64,000 nt of DNA from Candidatus Fermentibacterota bacterium (GTDB lineage Bacteria; Fermentibacterota; Fermentibacteria; Fermentibacterales; JCC-6): positions 160,001 through 224,000 of the forward strand of contig CAWJQI010000001.1 of assembly GCA_963845085.1 (NCBI GenBank). The letters run 5' to 3'. Position numbers and translations under genes: made by a program. Shown one piece after another: positions 35,735 to 45,790 of this stretch. The notes below the pieces were generated by a model. That model was not told where the DNA came from, ran no database searches, and saw only the letters and a program-made list of their open reading frames with translations. The first letter of the stretch is position 1. Each line of letters opens with the position of its first letter.

Positions 35735-37900
35735 TCAGAACCATATCGCCTTGTAAATGGCGTAGTTGTGATGGACAATCTCAACGTATTTCTTGGTCTC
35801 GTTGTAAGAGATCCTCGAGAAGAACTCCTCCGGCCCCGCCGAGCCGGCTCCCCAGCGGCGGGCGTTGTGGGGGCCTCCGTTATAGGCGGCGAGCGTTTCG
35901 ATGACGTTCCCTCCCATTTCCCGGGAGTACCCCGAAATGCAAGCCGTTCCGTACTCGATCGATACGGCGGGTTCATACAGCGCGTCGGGGGAGAACCTTT
36001 CCCATCCCATTTCGGATGCGACGTATTCGGATGTGCTCGGTATCATCTGAAGAAGCCCCCTTGCTCCGGCAGTCGAGTAGACCCTGGGCGAAAACCCGCT
36101 CTCCTGCTTCATTATGCTCCAGATGAGAAGCGGATCGAGGGCTGTCCGACCGCACGCGCTGCTGACCTCCGCTTCCCAGGCCTGCGGGTAGCGGAGCCTC
36201 CAGAGTTCAAGGGGTCTGTTCGCACCCTCCAGGCTCCACATGTTGTATGCGGCCCACGGCCCCCTCTCCCAGATTCCGTGTTCGGCGTAGAAAGGACCGA
36301 GCCTGAATGCGCCGCCGACTTCCGTCTCGGCTGCACGGAAAAGCTCGAGCGCCCACGCCCTCCTGCCGACGGAAACAAGGAAGGCGCCGGTGATCGCAGA
36401 CTCGGGGGGAACGGCCTGCGGCCGTTCGTTTCTCGCCATCCATTGATCAAGCGGCTCGAGGGTGTATGAGGGCTGCCAGGGCGGCAAACCGAGGTACTCC
36501 CGCGCGAACAGGGCAGGAAGGCTCTCGGGCTTTTCTGCTATCAATGCCTGCAGAACTCCCTGTCCAGCAGGATCGCCGGCTTCGACCAGCAGCCTTCCAT
36601 GCCAGTACCTGGCCGGAGGCGAGTAGACGCTCTCCGGCCAGCGCGCCGTGAATTCCGCGAACCCGTCACATGCTCCGGGATCGCCGGTTTTAAGAAGGCC
36701 GAGGCACAGATAGAAATGGGCGTCGTCCGCCGTCGTGTTTTCAGGATATCTGGCCAGCGTTTCACGGAAATAAGGCAGGGCTTGCTCCCAATCGCCGTTC
36801 TCGGCGAGCAGGCTGCCCCGGTACCAGGGCAGATTGCTGATCCTGACATGATCCGGCCAGCTCTGCTCGTACTGCGAAAAAAGATCGAGTGCTTCTTCCA
36901 CACCGCCCATGGCGGCAAGGCTTCTTGCAAGGTTGATCGTCGCGTCGGGCGCATCTGCGCCCATGGGCCAGAGCCGCAGATACTCACGGAGCATGTCGGA
37001 GGCTTCCTGGAAAAGACCGAGCCTGTCCCTCGTTCTCGCCGCCAGGTAATAGAGGTGAGGCGGTGGAGACGCGCTCTCAACGGCCAGCTGGTGCAGCTGG
37101 TTCCACATTCCCCCGCTGTAGTAATGCTCGGCCACCGACAAGGCGAGCGCGGGGTCGGAAAGCAGCCTGTCGCGCAGGACGTCGAACGCCGCGCCATGCA
37201 TGTCGCCGGCGGGCCAAAGCTCAAGGGAGGTCACGAGGTCGCCCTCCCAGCCGGACGAACCGGCGGCGCGCCTGAACATCCCCCTGTGATGGTGAAACAC
37301 GGACATGACCTCGGGTTCTTCGAGCGCTTCGGCTCTTCGCCACAGAGTCTCCTGGAGGCCGGTGTCACCCGTTCCCAGGGCCGCCCTGTATGAGAGCACG
37401 AGCTGGTCTGTTCCGGCCGCGCCCGGAAGGCTCTCTCCCGCATGATCGAGAAAAACAAGCGCCTCGCCGTAGCGGGCGGCTTCCACCAGGGCCTGTGCCG
37501 CGGCAAGCGCCGCATACTCGGAGTGCGGAGTTCCGCGGGACAGGATCAGGGTTTCGAGCTCAACCGCCGCATCGGCCCCGCCGAGGCGTATCGCCTCGAA
37601 CACCGCCACCGGGTCGGGTCGTTCGAGCAGCAGCCTTGCCGCGCCGGGATTGGAACTGATGGCCACCGAAGCCGCCCTGTGGGCAAGTTCGGACCTTGCA
37701 GGGTCGGATGCGGAAAGAAGCAGCGCGGCCTCAACGTAATGATCCGCCGCCTCATCAAACCGGCCGGCCAGAGCAAGGCTGTCTGCCGTCAGTGCAAGGC
37801 TTGCGCTCCGCTCTTCAGGGCTTTCCGGGGGTGTGTCGACGGTAGTGCTGCCGCATCCGCAGAACAGACACAGCAGGACCAGCCTGACCCCCCGCCTCAA
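35735..37900 (-). CDS. TPR-containing soluble lytic transglycosylase (Slt70-like lipoprotein)
   Basis: Cys-containing lipoprotein signal; TPRs; IMKQESGF..AGARGLLQMIPST..AAYNGG..ETKKYV. Confidence 0.9.
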   Translation of the reverse strand: MRRGVRLVLLCLFCGCGSTTVDTPPESPEERSASLALTADSLALAGRFDEAADHYVEAALLLSASDPARSELAHRAASVAISSNPGAARLLLERPDPVAVFEAIRLGGADAAVELETLILSRGTPHSEYAALAAAQALVEAARYGEALVFLDHAGESLPGAAGTDQLVLSYRAALGTGDTGLQETLWRRAEALEEPEVMSVFHHHRGMFRRAAGSSGWEGDLVTSLELWPAGDMHGAAFDVLRDRLLSDPALALSVAEHYYSGGMWNQLHQLAVESASPPPHLYYLAARTRDRLGLFQEASDMLREYLRLWPMGADAPDATINLARSLAAMGGVEEALDLFSQYEQSWPDHVRISNLPWYRGSLLAENGDWEQALPYFRETLARYPENTTADDAHFYLCLGLLKTGDPGACDGFAEFTARWPESVYSPPARYWHGRLLVEAGDPAGQGVLQALIAEKPESLPALFAREYLGLPPWQPSYTLEPLDQWMARNERPQAVPPESAITGAFLVSVGRRAWALELFRAAETEVGGAFRLGPFYAEHGIWERGPWAAYNMWSLEGANRPLELWRLRYPQAWEAEVSSACGRTALDPLLIWSIMKQESGFSPRVYSTAGARGLLQMIPSTSEYVASEMGWERFSPDALYEPAVSIEYGTACISGYSREMGGNVIETLAAYNGGPHNARRWGAGSAGPEEFFSRISYNETKKYVEIVHHNYAIYKAIWF

Positions 37901-39132
37901 TTAGCTTCGCCTCCGGTGTAGGCCGCGAGCTCGGCTTTGACATCGGGATTCCCGGGGGCAAGGGCGGATGCCCTTTCAAGCGTCAAAACGGCTTCGGAGT
38001 GGCGTCCCGCTTCAGCCAGCGCCCTGCTGTAGGCTATCATTGTTCTTATCGAGGGGGCCTCGTCGGCCATGAACTTCTCGAGGAAGGAAATGGATTCACC
38101 CGTCCTTCCGCCGGCCAGAAGCAGGACACCGAGCCCCGAAACGGCCTGGTCAAGGTCGGGCTTTATTTCAAGGGCCTTCCTGAATGATGCCTCGGCCTCC
38201 GCTTCCTCACCGGAAGCAGCCTGCACGTGCGCGAGGTTGCACCAGATCTCGGGACGGTTGGCGTCGAGGTTGATGGCTTCCTTCAGGTCTTCCGAGGCGG
38301 CCGCGTACTCACCGAGGTTGTAGTGGTGCACGGCGCTTCTGTTGAGGGTGCTGATCCCCTCCTCCATGGCCTTCCCGGCAAACCGCTCGGTGACCTCCTG
38401 CATCTCAGTTAAAAACTGGATATTCCTTTCGAGCCCCTTCGAGAGCTCCTCTTTTACTGCTTCCACGGCCTTCTCGGTCTTCCTCCCGGCCTTGTTCATG
38501 TCCTCGAGAGCAAGTTCCGTGCTCTTCATCGCGGCTTCGGCCTTTTCAAGATGAGCTGCGGTTTCCGCCCGCACGGCTTCGGCCCTCTCCTCGAGGGACG
38601 ACTGCATGGCCTTCACGGCATCGGGAATGGAGCCGATGGCGTCGATGACGAAACCTGACGCCTCGTTGATGCCGGCTGTGCGCTGTTCTGCGGACTCCCG
38701 GATCGATGCGTTCACCTCGGAGAGAAGTGCCGCAAGCTTTTCGCCCAACCCGGCGAGCTGCCCGGAAAGATCAGCGGGGCCCTGCCCGGTCTCCCGGCCG
38801 GCGAGGCCTGCGGAAAGGGCGTCGATCTTGTCACCGATGCCGGTCGTCATCCTTTCGAGCGCTGAATCCAGCCTCCCAAGTGCCTCATCGAGCGAACCTT
38901 CGGCCGAAGGGGCCTCCCCGCGTGAACCCGAACCGGCGACTGCGGCTTCGAGCCTCCCGAACTGTGACTCGAAGAAGCCTTCGCCCGGAAGGGCGGGAGT
39001 CGAAGTCTTCGCCACCTCGTCCCGAACGGCATCGAGCTTCGCAGCAAGAACATCCATCTTCTCCGACATCTGCAGAATGGCCTGTCCCAGTCCCCTGAGC
39101 AGCTGTTCCACGGTCACCTGGTTATCTGCCAT
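37897..39132 (-). CDS. Coiled-coil protein with C-terminal TPRs
   Basis: Heptad-rich N-terminal two thirds; TPR consensus IWCNLA..AEASFRKALEIKP. Confidence 0.82.
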   Translation of the reverse strand: MADNQVTVEQLLRGLGQAILQMSEKMDVLAAKLDAVRDEVAKTSTPALPGEGFFESQFGRLEAAVAGSGSRGEAPSAEGSLDEALGRLDSALERMTTGIGDKIDALSAGLAGRETGQGPADLSGQLAGLGEKLAALLSEVNASIRESAEQRTAGINEASGFVIDAIGSIPDAVKAMQSSLEERAEAVRAETAAHLEKAEAAMKSTELALEDMNKAGRKTEKAVEAVKEELSKGLERNIQFLTEMQEVTERFAGKAMEEGISTLNRSAVHHYNLGEYAAASEDLKEAINLDANRPEIWCNLAHVQAASGEEAEAEASFRKALEIKPDLDQAVSGLGVLLLAGGRTGESISFLEKFMADEAPSIRTMIAYSRALAEAGRHSEAVLTLERASALAPGNPDVKAELAAYTGGEAN

Positions 39133-42100
39133 TGGTCATCCCCCGTCCCATATGCCTATTCCCCGTTTCAAGATCGCTTATGGTCCATGCTCGTTCGTGA
39201 TCAGCACCCATCGAGCTGAACAGGTCGGGGTGCCGTTCGCGCATGAACCTTTCCAGGGCCGCCTTCTCCATGGCAAGCCCCATCTGTGAAAACGCCCAGC
39301 GGAGAGTTTCAAGGTGTCCGGGGTCTCCGGACCGCCTGTAAAGGGCAAGCCATGCAGCGCATGCAGCCTCCCTTCTGCCGGAGGCCCACAGCGCCCGGCC
39401 CTCCTCCGAGGGAGCTCTCGAAAGTTTCGCCACGGAGTCCCGCAGCGCGGCGAGCAATGAATCATCGGCACGTGCTGCGCGGAACGCCTCGCCAGGCCTG
39501 CCGGCAGCGACCAGCAGGCGGATGAACCCCGTTGAGGCGGATCCGTCGGAACGCTCCAGCGCCCTGTCGACGAGCAGGGACGCCTTCTCCGAAAGCGCCG
39601 TTTCATCGGAATCGGCAAGCCTCATGGCGAAGGCCATGATGGTTTCGCTGTCAAGCGAGGACCTTGCAAGCGCTTTTGCGGCTTCAGCCGCTTCGGCCGG
39701 ATCGATGCGCCTCTCCGTCGGCAGAAACTCGGCCAGCCCCCGGACGATCAACTCGTCGGATCCGACCGACCTCCAGAAATCGCACCGCAGGGTTTCATCG
39801 GCAACGGCGTCGTTGAAAAGCTCCTCGTCGATTTCGGAGAAGCCCTTCCCGGCGAGTGCCACCCTTGCCCTGTGCGCGAGGGGCTGCATTCCCGACGCTG
39901 CGCAGGTTTGCTTCAGGGAGTGAACGGCCTTGAACATCCCGTCCACCGTCCAGCGGTCAAGACAGAGCCCGACTGAAGAGGCGGGGGGAGCGATGTCAAA
40001 GGGCGCCCCGGCCGAAGAGAACAATTCGGCGTCGCCTGAAGCTATCCCGATGAGCGCCCTGACCGATGGATCGGAAAGCCCAAGCATTGAGAACTGTTCG
40101 TAAAGGGAAGGATCGAGACGGAGCGCGGTGCATGCGGCTTCGGATACGTCGATCCCGGTCGAGTTCTTCACGGCGGTCGACGAGGCATAAAGAAGCAGTT
40201 CCGCGTTCCTGGTCCTCATGCCGTACCCGAGGGCCGCCTCGGCAAGTTCTGCGGCAGGGACCGGGCCCTTCTCAAGCGCCGTGTTGGCTGCCATTCTGAA
40301 GCCCCCCACGTCACCGGCGAAAAGGCGGGAGAGGGCAAGGAGCTTCCATATCTCCCAGGAGTCGACATGCTTCGAGGCTGTTTCCTCGAGAAACGCCCTG
40401 ACATCGTCCGATTCAATGCTTTTGGAAAGAACTCCCGCTGCGCCGGAAAGATCGCCGGAGTTCACGAGGGAACGGGCGAGCGCAAGCGTGGTCAGCCCCG
40501 AGGTTTCCTCCCCCGCCAGCGATTCGAGAACCTTCCTTGCAAGGGGGGCGGTTCCGCTGTCACGGGCGGCGGATGAAAGAAGCTCGACGGCCCTTGTTCG
40601 GTCACCCGTGGCTGCGGCCCTGCAGCCTTCCGCAAGGTCTGCCACGGTGCCTGCAGGTATGGCCACCGACTCCACGGAAACTGCCGCAGTGCCGAAACGT
40701 CCTGATTCGATGAAGTACTCGAGCCGGAACATCGCAGTGGAAAGGGGATCTCCGGTTTCGACACGTGCTGCGAGCGAATCCATCCATTCGGCGCGGGCCT
40801 CGGGTATGGAGAGCAGTGGAAGAAGCTTGGCGACCACGGCGCCCTGGCCGGCGGTGTTCAATGCCGGCATGAATGTTTCCGCGGCGGTTTTATGGAGCAG
40901 GCTCAAACGCATGTCTGCCACGAGGGAGGCCATCCTGACGGCCAGCGCGGGCTCCTTCGAGGCCTCGGCCATCGCAGGCGAGGCGGTGGCCGCGTCCTCC
41001 TGGGCTATCGCCGCCGCAGCCTGCACAAGGTACTCGGAAGGGGTTCCGGGTGTGAAACCTGAATCAAGGATCGCCCTTGCGTTCTCCCGGGCGAGCCCGT
41101 TGTCGAAAACCTCCAGAAGCCCCTCCTCCGACACCTTTTCCCCGCGGAGCAGGAGGGCGAGCCAGTCGGATGCCGTTGCCTTCGAATCTCCGATGCCGCC
41201 GGTGATGGATGCCCTGAACCTGCGGAGTCTCGGAAATCTGTCCATCAGGGGCGAAAGCCTGGAAAGAACGACCGCCATGTCGGAACGGGATTTCAGGTCC
41301 TTCCGCGTTGCAAGGTGCTGCATTGCGGCACCCGCCTCGCCCTCCCTGCCGACTATCATCTTGTGGACCGCAAGCAGGATCAGCACCGACGCATTTGTCT
41401 TCTCGCGTTGAAGAAGCTTCTGGATCTGGTTGAACACCCAGTCCGGGTCCTGCTCGAGCGAGTAGAGAATGATCTGGACAGCCTCTTCGACCGAGCCCTT
41501 CTCCACAAGGAACTCCCCGAGTTTCCTTGAAACCTTTCCATCGCGGTCCATCCCCTTCTCGATAACGCTTCTGCAGACTTCCGTCACAGGCGCCTGATCG
41601 AGATCGGGGCACTCGAACACCTTCGCCAGGGACTCCATGCCCTGGGTCGCCTCGCCTCTTGAGATCCTGAGGCGTGCCTGAAGCAGATGCGCCCGTGCGC
41701 TTCCCGGCGCCACCAGGACGATCCCGGTCGCAGCCTGTTCAAGAAGGGAGGCGTCCACCTCGCGGTCAAGCATGCCCTCGAGAACAGCGCACGCGTCGTT
41801 GATGCGGCCCGCTGCAGCCATGAGCCTGGCAAGCGCTATGGAGGCTTTTCCGGAGGTGTCCGACGGTATGAGGCTTTTCTCAATGATGCCGATCGCCTTC
41901 TCGATAACCTCGCGGTCGGCCTGAAGCAGGGTGGTAAGCTCGGCCACGGCGCGTTCGGTGTCGGAAAGGGCCACCAGTATGCGAATCCGCCCAAGATTGA
42001 CTTCCATGTCGGTGCCGCCGGTGCGGTTGGCGATCCATCCGCTGAGCCTTGAGAGGCTCTCGTCGGGGAACGACGACCGTTCCGCGGCGTTCACCAGAAC

Positions 42101-42613
42101 ATCCACGGCTTCGGCGGGTCTTCCCTTCCTGAAAAGCACCACCGCCATCGCAAGGCATGGCTCGGTGTTCTTCAGCTCCTCACCGGGAAACTTCGCCTGG
42201 GACTGGTAGGCGCTTTCTATTGAATCAACGAACCTTGACTCGGTGATCCTGTCAACCGTGGTGAGCAGCTCAAGCATCCCGTTGTAGTCCTTGCTGCGAA
42301 GCCTGAGCCTCCAGAGGACTTTCAGCAACTCGGTCGATCGTGCGAACTGCCCGAGTTTTTCCTCGAGCATCTTGACGATGCCGGCGCGCAGATCGGAATG
42401 GGCTTTGATGATTCGCTCGGATAGCCTCGCCGCGAGGTCGGGATGACCGATGTCCATCAGGAAGGGCAGCACCTGTCTGGCCACTTCCTTCTCCTCAAGG
42501 ATGCCTTCTATTTCCTCTTCAATGAGTACGGCCGCCTGATCGACCATGTCATCCGCGGCCATGTCCCGGGCTTTTTTCAGGATTCTCTGCGATTTTGATT
42601 TAAAAAGCGCCAT
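39122..42613 (-). CDS. Giant (1163 aa) alpha-solenoid/TPR-like hypothetical protein
   Basis: Ala/Leu-rich helical repeats throughout; no signal peptide; overlaps the downstream gene. Confidence 0.8.
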   Translation of the reverse strand: MALFKSKSQRILKKARDMAADDMVDQAAVLIEEEIEGILEEKEVARQVLPFLMDIGHPDLAARLSERIIKAHSDLRAGIVKMLEEKLGQFARSTELLKVLWRLRLRSKDYNGMLELLTTVDRITESRFVDSIESAYQSQAKFPGEELKNTEPCLAMAVVLFRKGRPAEAVDVLVNAAERSSFPDESLSRLSGWIANRTGGTDMEVNLGRIRILVALSDTERAVAELTTLLQADREVIEKAIGIIEKSLIPSDTSGKASIALARLMAAAGRINDACAVLEGMLDREVDASLLEQAATGIVLVAPGSARAHLLQARLRISRGEATQGMESLAKVFECPDLDQAPVTEVCRSVIEKGMDRDGKVSRKLGEFLVEKGSVEEAVQIILYSLEQDPDWVFNQIQKLLQREKTNASVLILLAVHKMIVGREGEAGAAMQHLATRKDLKSRSDMAVVLSRLSPLMDRFPRLRRFRASITGGIGDSKATASDWLALLLRGEKVSEEGLLEVFDNGLARENARAILDSGFTPGTPSEYLVQAAAAIAQEDAATASPAMAEASKEPALAVRMASLVADMRLSLLHKTAAETFMPALNTAGQGAVVAKLLPLLSIPEARAEWMDSLAARVETGDPLSTAMFRLEYFIESGRFGTAAVSVESVAIPAGTVADLAEGCRAAATGDRTRAVELLSSAARDSGTAPLARKVLESLAGEETSGLTTLALARSLVNSGDLSGAAGVLSKSIESDDVRAFLEETASKHVDSWEIWKLLALSRLFAGDVGGFRMAANTALEKGPVPAAELAEAALGYGMRTRNAELLLYASSTAVKNSTGIDVSEAACTALRLDPSLYEQFSMLGLSDPSVRALIGIASGDAELFSSAGAPFDIAPPASSVGLCLDRWTVDGMFKAVHSLKQTCAASGMQPLAHRARVALAGKGFSEIDEELFNDAVADETLRCDFWRSVGSDELIVRGLAEFLPTERRIDPAEAAEAAKALARSSLDSETIMAFAMRLADSDETALSEKASLLVDRALERSDGSASTGFIRLLVAAGRPGEAFRAARADDSLLAALRDSVAKLSRAPSEEGRALWASGRREAACAAWLALYRRSGDPGHLETLRWAFSQMGLAMEKAALERFMRERHPDLFSSMGADHERAWTISDLETGNRHMGRGMTNGR

Positions 42614-42619
42614 GATCCC

Positions 42620-44014
42620 CTACTCCGGTCTTATTATGAGAACCTCGCCAATACGAAGTGAAGAATCCGTCTTGCTGTTCAAACTTTGTATCTCCTCCAC
42701 CTGAACCCCGTACCTGCGTGAGATGTCCCACATCGTGTCACCCGAGATCACGGTGTGGGTTACGCGTCCGCCGGCTGCGGATGACCCGGTTGCAGATGCC
42801 TCCCCGGGAGGCGTTCCATGGAGCTGGAGCACCATGCCGGGAAAGATGGTGGCGCTCGCCGAGATGCCGTTCCACTCGGCAACCTCCCTTGAGGAAACTC
42901 CCACAAGGGCGCCAATGCCCCCAAGCGTGTCACCCGAACGGACAGTGTAGCCGAACGAGCCCGAGTTGCCCGGGACGGCAGTGTTTACGGGAGTTCGACC
43001 GCTCTCAGGCAGGTCGACATAGGTTCCGACAACCGGCTCGGACGAACCGTTGGCCTCGACAAGACGCTGCCTGTCGACACCTGTTGCCAGGGCAATCGTG
43101 TCCCAGCTGTCGCCCTCCTTCACCATGTACCCTGAGGGCTCGACTGCCCACGCAGCCTGGAAGGCCCTGGCGGCATTCCCGGTGGGAACGACGACCTCCC
43201 ACCCCTCTCCACCGCCGGGGACCGTCTCGGAAAGGTAGCCCCGGTTCAGTTCGGAGAGAAGATCGGGAGGTATGCCGGCCTCGGCTGCGAGCACGCGCAG
43301 GTCGAGACCCGGCGGTACAAGAATTACGGAAAGACCGCCGCCGGTCTCGGAAAGCTGATTGTAGGCTTCCAGGGCGTTTGCGAACCTGGGGACGAAGGTA
43401 CTCGTCTCTCTTGGCAGGCTGAGCTCGGAGAGGATGCCGGGGCCGAGTGCAAGTGCCCGCTGCATGGTGCCCTCCCCGCAGTTGTAGGCCGCGAGGGCGA
43501 GCTGCCAGTCCCCGAACATGCCATGCAGGTAGCCCAAATACCTTGATGCGGCACGGGTCGATGCGACCCAGGAGTACCTTTCGTCGACGCGGTCAGCCAT
43601 CTGAAGGTTGCACGACCTGGCGGTTCCGCTGATGAACTGCCACGGCCCCGCCGCGCCGGCTGATGAATAGCTGCCAACCGAATACCCGGTCTCGATCCAG
43701 ATGAGGGCCGACAGTTCAGCTGGAACCCCCTCGCTTCTCAGAACCCTTTCCAGCAGACCCCTGAGGTCGGCGTCAGCCGGACAGTTGTCGGCGCTGTAGC
43801 GCACATCGCTGGTCTCGGCGAGACCGGGCGGGATCCTCACCGGATGGGGATGGCCGCCGGTGGTCCTGGCCACGAGCGGAATGACCGGGTTCTGACGGGC
43901 CGGAGCTTCTTGAGCGATGACATCAACATGTCTGACAACCGGTTGAACGGTTCTTGTGCCGGAACAGCCCGGTGTTATTATCATTGTGCAGAACAGAAGC
44001 AGCAACGACACCAC
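42620..44014 (-). CDS. MltD-like lytic transglycosylase with three LysM domains (start uncertain)
   Basis: IETGY..SSAGAAGPWQF..LALAAYNCGEG..ETSTFVP; VKEGDS, VRSGDTL and VISGDTM LysM starts. Confidence 0.88.
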   Translation of the reverse strand: MVSLLLLFCTMIITPGCSGTRTVQPVVRHVDVIAQEAPARQNPVIPLVARTTGGHPHPVRIPPGLAETSDVRYSADNCPADADLRGLLERVLRSEGVPAELSALIWIETGYSVGSYSSAGAAGPWQFISGTARSCNLQMADRVDERYSWVASTRAASRYLGYLHGMFGDWQLALAAYNCGEGTMQRALALGPGILSELSLPRETSTFVPRFANALEAYNQLSETGGGLSVILVPPGLDLRVLAAEAGIPPDLLSELNRGYLSETVPGGGEGWEVVVPTGNAARAFQAAWAVEPSGYMVKEGDSWDTIALATGVDRQRLVEANGSSEPVVGTYVDLPESGRTPVNTAVPGNSGSFGYTVRSGDTLGGIGALVGVSSREVAEWNGISASATIFPGMVLQLHGTPPGEASATGSSAAGGRVTHTVISGDTMWDISRRYGVQVEEIQSLNSKTDSSLRIGEVLIIRPE

Positions 44015-44032
44015 CGAAAGGGGGAAAAGCCT

Positions 44033-44992
44033 GTGTTCACCGTGGGAGTGGTGGGAGCCACCGGCCTTGTCGGTTCGAAAATGATAGAGATCCTTCAGGA
44101 AAGGTCCCTCCCTGTCAAAAAGCTGTTCGCCTATGCTTCCCATGGTTCGGGCAGAACGGTCAGTTTCCATGGGGAAAACATACCCGTTGAAATAATAAAC
44201 CCCGAAGCCCTGGAAAAGGGCACCATCCTTCTCGGGGCCACAAGCTCGGCCGTGGCCGGGAAATGGATCCCCCCCTGTCTCGAGAGGGGTGCTGTTATCA
44301 TAGACAACTCTTCGGCTTTTCGCATGTCCGCCGGGATTCCCCTTGTTGTGCCCGAGGTCAACCCGCATGCGATCCCGCGAAACCCCGGCCTCATCGCCAA
44401 TCCCAACTGCTCCACCATCCAGCTCGTCACCGCTCTTGCACCCCTGAGGGGCCTTTCCGAGATCGATTGGGTGTCGGTGTCAACCTACCAATCCGTCTCC
44501 GGAGCGGGTGCCCGTGGCATTGCCGCCCTTGAGAACGACGAAAGGGAAGCGCCCGCATTGAACCGTTTCCATAGAAACGTGGTTTGCGAGATCGGCAGCA
44601 TCTCCGAATCGGGATACACGGAAGAGGAGCTGAAACTGGTCAGGGAGACCGCGAAGATCATGGAAGCGGATTTCCCGGTCTATCCGGCAGCCGCCCGCGT
44701 CCCGGTCGGGGTCGGCCATACCGAAAGCGTGACGGTCCGTTTCCGCGAGGCTGTTCCCGCTGCAAAGGCCCGCCTGGTTCTGGAGAATTCATCAGGGCTC
44801 CGCGTGCTTCCGCTGGGAGTCCAGCCGGTGACCGTCGAGGGGACGGACCAGGTCTGGGTGGGAAGGCTCCGAAACCATCCTGCCGACCCCCGGATGCTGC
44901 AGTTCTGGGTCACATCCGACAATGTGAGAAAGGGTGCCGCGCTGAACGCGGTGCAGATACTCGAGCTTGTTGCGAAGAAGGGGCGGCCCTGA
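44033..44992 (+). CDS. asd: Aspartate-semialdehyde dehydrogenase
   Basis: VGVVGATGLVG; IDNSSAFRM; VVPEVN; ANPNCSTIQ; TYQSVSGAG; DNVRKGAALNAVQI. Confidence 0.95.
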   Translation: MFTVGVVGATGLVGSKMIEILQERSLPVKKLFAYASHGSGRTVSFHGENIPVEIINPEALEKGTILLGATSSAVAGKWIPPCLERGAVIIDNSSAFRMSAGIPLVVPEVNPHAIPRNPGLIANPNCSTIQLVTALAPLRGLSEIDWVSVSTYQSVSGAGARGIAALENDEREAPALNRFHRNVVCEIGSISESGYTEEELKLVRETAKIMEADFPVYPAAARVPVGVGHTESVTVRFREAVPAAKARLVLENSSGLRVLPLGVQPVTVEGTDQVWVGRLRNHPADPRMLQFWVTSDNVRKGAALNAVQILELVAKKGRP

Positions 44993-45023
44993 CGGACCAC
45001 CCCTTCAGTCGGATCATGTTTTT

Positions 45024-45719
45024 CTAAAGGTCCAGCTCGTCGTCGTCGATAAGGTCGAAGTCATCGGCGAAATCATCGTCTTCGGCGCCGAGGGCCGCCC
45101 CGCACTCCTCGCAGAACGGGTTCTGCGCGGGGTTGGAGTGACCGCAGGAAGGACACTTCACGCCATCGCCGGCGGCGGGTTCCTCGAGGTCTTCCTCGAG
45201 TTCGAGTTCGTCAATGGAATCGGTTGATTCCCCCGAAACGGCCTTTGCGGGAGCTCCGGCAGCGGCAGCGGCACGGCCCGCCGTTGCATCGTCAACGTCG
45301 CGGAGGACCTTCCTGAGCTCACCAAGCTCGGAGCGCAGAAGGTCAAGCTCGTTGGCGGTCTTGTTGCGCTCGTTCTTTACCGCATCGAGCTTCTTCTGGA
45401 AATCGGGGTCATTCTCGTCGTGTTCCCGAAGCCTGGCTCTGATCTGAAGCTCATCCACCGCATCGGACTGCTCCTGATGGCTCTTCTCGAGTTTGTCGAT
45501 CCTGGTGGAAAGCTCATCGACCTTGGAGACAAGGGCGCCCTTCTCCTCGCCGATGCTTGCCAGAACGGTATCCAACTGGGCTTCATAGTCCTTCTTGATG
45601 CGAACATAGACCCGGCTGTTGGTTTCGTCCTTCAGCGAGTCAAGGTTGGAAAGACGATCCACCAGCTCCAGTCGCTGATCCAGGAGCTTTTGGATTCTTG
45701 CTTCAAGCACTTCGGCCAT
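45024..45719 (-). CDS. Coiled-coil and zinc-ribbon protein with acidic tail
   Basis: Long heptad region; CPSCG..N..FCEECG; Asp-rich C-terminus. Confidence 0.82.
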   Translation of the reverse strand: MAEVLEARIQKLLDQRLELVDRLSNLDSLKDETNSRVYVRIKKDYEAQLDTVLASIGEEKGALVSKVDELSTRIDKLEKSHQEQSDAVDELQIRARLREHDENDPDFQKKLDAVKNERNKTANELDLLRSELGELRKVLRDVDDATAGRAAAAAGAPAKAVSGESTDSIDELELEEDLEEPAAGDGVKCPSCGHSNPAQNPFCEECGAALGAEDDDFADDFDLIDDDELDL

Positions 45720-45790
45720 TTCCCCTCCTTATAGAGAGCACGAACAATCAGGCGGACAAAAGCAAAACCGCGATGAAAGATAATTGTCTG

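Noticed and set aside
44015..44368. N-terminal extension of the 582-aa mltD ORF (and of the asd ORF back to 43844)
   Set aside because: Each extension is antisense to the other gene's coding sequence
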